A stretch of 20,000 nt of DNA, taken from IMG/VR virus record IMGVR_UViG_3300042691_011955. The stretch is one strand, 5' to 3'. Below are positions 17,275 to 20,000 of this stretch, one piece after another. A model generated the notes under the pieces. That model saw only the letters and a list, made by a program, of their open reading frames with translations, was not told the DNA's origin and ran no database searches. Position numbers and translations under genes: made by a program. Source of the stretch: an uncultured virus (IMG/VR IMGVR_UViG_3300042691_011955) (taxonomy: Duplodnaviria; Heunggongvirae; Uroviricota; Caudoviricetes). Numbering within the stretch: position 1 is the first letter of the stretch; each line of letters starts with the position of its first letter.

Positions 17275-18344
17275 AGTTACGAGAAATTTTTGAAAACGGA
17301 GGTCGCATTGTAAAGGGCGTCAATACAACAGTTGATGTTGGTCCTGATGAAATTAAAATACAAGCTGCAAAGTTTGGCAATACAGTAGACAAAGATGGTT
17401 ACCCACCTACACACAAAAGACGTGTTAAAGGTTCTTCAACTAATGTTTTATCTAATCTAGGTGAAGGCAAAAATAAAGTAAGTATGGAAGATCGACATCC
17501 AAATGATCGTCCATATGGTCCAGAAACTAAACCAACTATGCCAGCTGGCACTGTTAAAGTAGATGTAAGCGATGTATATGATTGGTACAAACTAGGCATG
17601 CACATCAGCGATCTTGAAGGCATGGGCAAACATGATTTTGGTAAAGGTCCTCCCAGCGCCATATTGTCATTTGGAAGTGAAGATTTGGAACACGAATATA
17701 TTCAAAATTTAAAAAAGTTAGGGTTAACAACTACTGATCTCGATCCTGCTGCACATAAGAAAAAGAAAGGTCAAAAAACAGATCCTACTTATAATGTAGA
17801 AAGTGTAGTTGAAGGCAAGTTTAGAACTAACGATGTTGAAGAATTTAAGCCTAATAATGATTCCTTAGACGATATGAAAACAAAGTATCTTCCAGACTGG
17901 GAGATGTTGGATCATAAAACACTTCAAGCAAAGTATGTAGCACAAGATCATAGAGAAGCTGAAGCATTTGTAAGAATAATTAATAAGCTAAGTGAAAAGA
18001 TGGATCACTTCTGTGAAGTAACACAGGACGTTGCAGAAGTTGCTGTAAAGACAACTACCTTTGATGTTAAGGGATTAACTATACTGGACTTTCAAATAGC
18101 AATGGTCATTGATAAGTTTGCCAATGATGTTGGAATAAAACAAGTACGTATGACTGGAAACTTTGGCATGCACGAAAACTTTGCAGATGGAAAGAATCCA
18201 GGGCGCAAAGGACTTGCTAAACGCAGTGGTGTGAATACTAAGGCTAGTGTAAGCAGTCTAAGAAAAACAGCAAAGAATAGCTCAGGTGAAAAACAGCGCA
18301 TGGCACATTGGCTAGCTAATATGAAATCAGGAAAAAAGAAATGA
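17271..18344 (+). CDS. Modular protein containing a degenerate pterin-4a-carbinolamine dehydratase (PCD)-like domain
   Basis: About 17890-18120: PDWE..., AEAFVRIINKLSEKMDHF, TTTFDVKGLTILDFQIAMVID follows the PCD pattern (AExxxHHP...THDxxGLTxxDxxLA). Confidence 0.7.
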   Translation: MKLREIFENGGRIVKGVNTTVDVGPDEIKIQAAKFGNTVDKDGYPPTHKRRVKGSSTNVLSNLGEGKNKVSMEDRHPNDRPYGPETKPTMPAGTVKVDVSDVYDWYKLGMHISDLEGMGKHDFGKGPPSAILSFGSEDLEHEYIQNLKKLGLTTTDLDPAAHKKKKGQKTDPTYNVESVVEGKFRTNDVEEFKPNNDSLDDMKTKYLPDWEMLDHKTLQAKYVAQDHREAEAFVRIINKLSEKMDHFCEVTQDVAEVAVKTTTFDVKGLTILDFQIAMVIDKFANDVGIKQVRMTGNFGMHENFADGKNPGRKGLAKRSGVNTKASVSSLRKTAKNSSGEKQRMAHWLANMKSGKKK

Positions 18345-18805
18345 AAGTACATGATCTAGTAAACGAAGCTCCTATTGAAATGGATCCTAGTGAACCAAAC
18401 AATCCAAGAATCTACGGGCATGAAAAAGCTAACCCTATGACACTTAAAGGTCGTATCATGCAGGCCAGAGCACAGTTAAAAGAACTTGCAAAGATGGCAG
18501 ACAGCGACGAACTCGAAGTATGGGAAAGAATTACAAAGCTATCTAAAGGCGGCATGTTTATGGGCCTAGAACAAAACTTTGAACAAATACGCCACGGTAT
18601 AGGAGAACTTGCCAAGAAGCGTAAAAAGGGCGGAACAGGTAGCAGAGGTATCAATCGAGGCATAGGAGAAACTACTACAGCAGGTGCTGTAGCCGCTGTA
18701 GTTAATCCAGGTGCTAACACAAAGCCTAAAAAGACAAATAAAGTTGCTAAAAATGCATTAGACACCAATGATAATTTGCTTGGTGGCAAACCTGTCAAAA
18801 GATAA
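18341..18805 (+). CDS. Hypothetical modular protein (MKVHDLVNE...)
   Basis: ATGA overlap; basic C-terminal tail after IGE-TTTAGAVA. Confidence 0.75.
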   Translation: MKVHDLVNEAPIEMDPSEPNNPRIYGHEKANPMTLKGRIMQARAQLKELAKMADSDELEVWERITKLSKGGMFMGLEQNFEQIRHGIGELAKKRKKGGTGSRGINRGIGETTTAGAVAAVVNPGANTKPKKTNKVAKNALDTNDNLLGGKPVKR

Positions 18806-18808
18806 ATA
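18803..18808 (+). promoter_or_regulatory. TAAATA late-promoter-like motif overlapping the upstream stop
   Basis: gaTAAATAc; RBS GGAG at 18826-18829 and ATG at 18836. Confidence 0.6.
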
Positions 18809-18835
18809 CTATAATAACGAATATCGGAGTGTTTT

Positions 18836-20000
18836 ATGCGCGAAAAAGATTTAAAATCTGTCAAAGAAGGCCTAGGTGATTTAGCTGCACAAGCAGAAAT
18901 GGATCACGAAATTCAAATGGCTCGTTCTGAGCTGTACAAAATTGCCAAGTATGCAATCAAACTGCACGAAATGCTTAAAGGTCGTTCTGAAGAACAGGGC
19001 CTAGAAGCATGGCAGCAGAGCAAAATTACCAAGGCAGCTGACTACATTGGTTCAGTTTTTCATAACTTAGAGTATGAAATGAAGTTTGGCGCTCAAATGG
19101 CCGAAAGTGAAAAACAAAAAGGCGTTGACGGCAAAGCATGCTGGGACGGTTACAAGCGCATGGGTACTAAGCAAAAAGGCGGCAAGACTGTAGATAATTG
19201 TGTTAAAGAAGATGAATACAAGTTACGTCTAGCTCAACAACTAGAAGAAAAAGCTAAGTCAAAAGCGCAACAAAAATTTATGGGCATGGTCTATGCTACA
19301 AAGAAAGGCGAAAAAGCTGCAAGTCCAGAAGTAGCCAAGGCTGCTAAAGGCATGAGCAAATCAGCTGCTAAAGACTATGCAAGTACAAAGCACAAAGGCA
19401 AGCCCGAACACGTAGGCGAAAGCAGACTGGTTGAGTCTAACGAAGTTAATGACTATATTGATCGTGTAATAGCAAAGCGTGGTGTTCCTACAACTATTGA
19501 AGAAGTTGAACAAGACATGAACGACACAGTAAAAGGAATACGCGATTTCTTACAGTCACGAGACGACGACAGTTTCCTTCAAGGCTTTAGCCGCGGATTT
19601 AAAAGATTCGCAATGAGTCCAGACTATATTAAAAGACAATTCTTAGGAAGAGTTGCAGAGCGATTAGATCTTCCTGGATTGTATTCAATGCCAAATGGCG
19701 ACAGCTATGTATATGTTGATAAAGACCAATCAGGAAATTATAAATCTGCAAGATATGCAAATATAGAAGATGCTGTTATAATTTATAAATCTGGATTTAT
19801 TACTAGAAAGAAAGCTATAGAGTTACGAGATAATAATGTAAACACTGCATTGAGAAATCCAAAACACCCATCTAGTGCGCTGTATGGCGATCCAGGTCCA
19901 GCCGCTGGTTGGGCTAAAACAAATCCGCTAGTAAAACCGGACGGATCAACTACAACTAGTGGCGGTGCACAAGTAACCCCTGTAAAACCGGACGGATCAA
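18836..20000 (+). CDS. Large modular protein, 3'-truncated and absent from the ORF track; includes a DUF3008-like module
   Basis: GGAG RBS, ATG 18836, open to the window end. Modules DHEIQMARSELYK...KITKAADY, CWDGYKRMGTKQKGGKTVDNCV and AKSKAQQKFMG...ASTKHKGKPEHV (DUF3008-like from memory). Confidence 0.85.
   Translation, partial: MREKDLKSVKEGLGDLAAQAEMDHEIQMARSELYKIAKYAIKLHEMLKGRSEEQGLEAWQQSKITKAADYIGSVFHNLEYEMKFGAQMAESEKQKGVDGKACWDGYKRMGTKQKGGKTVDNCVKEDEYKLRLAQQLEEKAKSKAQQKFMGMVYATKKGEKAASPEVAKAAKGMSKSAAKDYASTKHKGKPEHVGESRLVESNEVNDYIDRVIAKRGVPTTIEEVEQDMNDTVKGIRDFLQSRDDDSFLQGFSRGFKRFAMSPDYIKRQFLGRVAERLDLPGLYSMPNGDSYVYVDKDQSGNYKSARYANIEDAVIIYKSGFITRKKAIELRDNNVNTALRNPKHPSSALYGDPGPAAGWAKTNPLVKPDGSTTTSGGAQVTPVKPDGS
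19931..20000 (+). repeat. 19-bp direct repeat GTAAAACCGGACGGATCAA with 51-bp period (VKPDGS)
   Basis: Copies at 19931-19949 and 19982-20000; the second is cut by the window edge. Confidence 0.85.

Noticed and set aside
859..18864. Numerous minus-strand and nested ORFs in the track (e.g. 859-1221, 1870-2199, 8445-8837, 12860-13183, 18412-18864)
   Set aside because: They are shadows of well-supported plus-strand genes, with no motifs or RBS.
19931..20000. CRISPR-like repeat-spacer (19-bp repeat, 32-bp gap)
   Set aside because: Only two copies, in frame within a coding region with a 51-bp (codon-multiple) period; no cas genes. A protein repeat is the simpler explanation.
1..20000. Alternative genetic code (stop-codon reassignment)
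   Set aside because: Standard code gives full-length genes and near-complete coding density.

Overview
AT-rich, densely packed, almost entirely plus-strand segment of a large tailed phage (T4-like or jumbo myovirus style). The spanin pair and lipoproteins point to a Gram-negative host. Gene order: (1) a lysis cassette (GH19 endolysin, i-/o-spanin, holin) extended by a 40-aa membrane peptide, exported or lipoproteins and a signal-peptide thermonuclease; (2) a GC-rich, highly structured ~92-nt intergenic element (candidate ncRNA); (3) accessory enzymes (class I GATase/BPL_N-like, a reverse-strand HAD nucleotidase with a perfect sigma70 promoter, a fatty acid desaturase, a minimal kinase-like protein); (4) a DnaJ-peptide deformylase-ClpA proteostasis cassette; (5) a 1512-aa mosaic tail fibre/baseplate protein; (6) a run of modular proteins starting with MK-x-x-E/Q/D-hydrophobic motifs that resemble T4 capsid-targeted, protease-processed internal head proteins. 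TAAATA late-promoter-like motifs precede several genes. All assignments come from motif recognition by eye; no searches were run.
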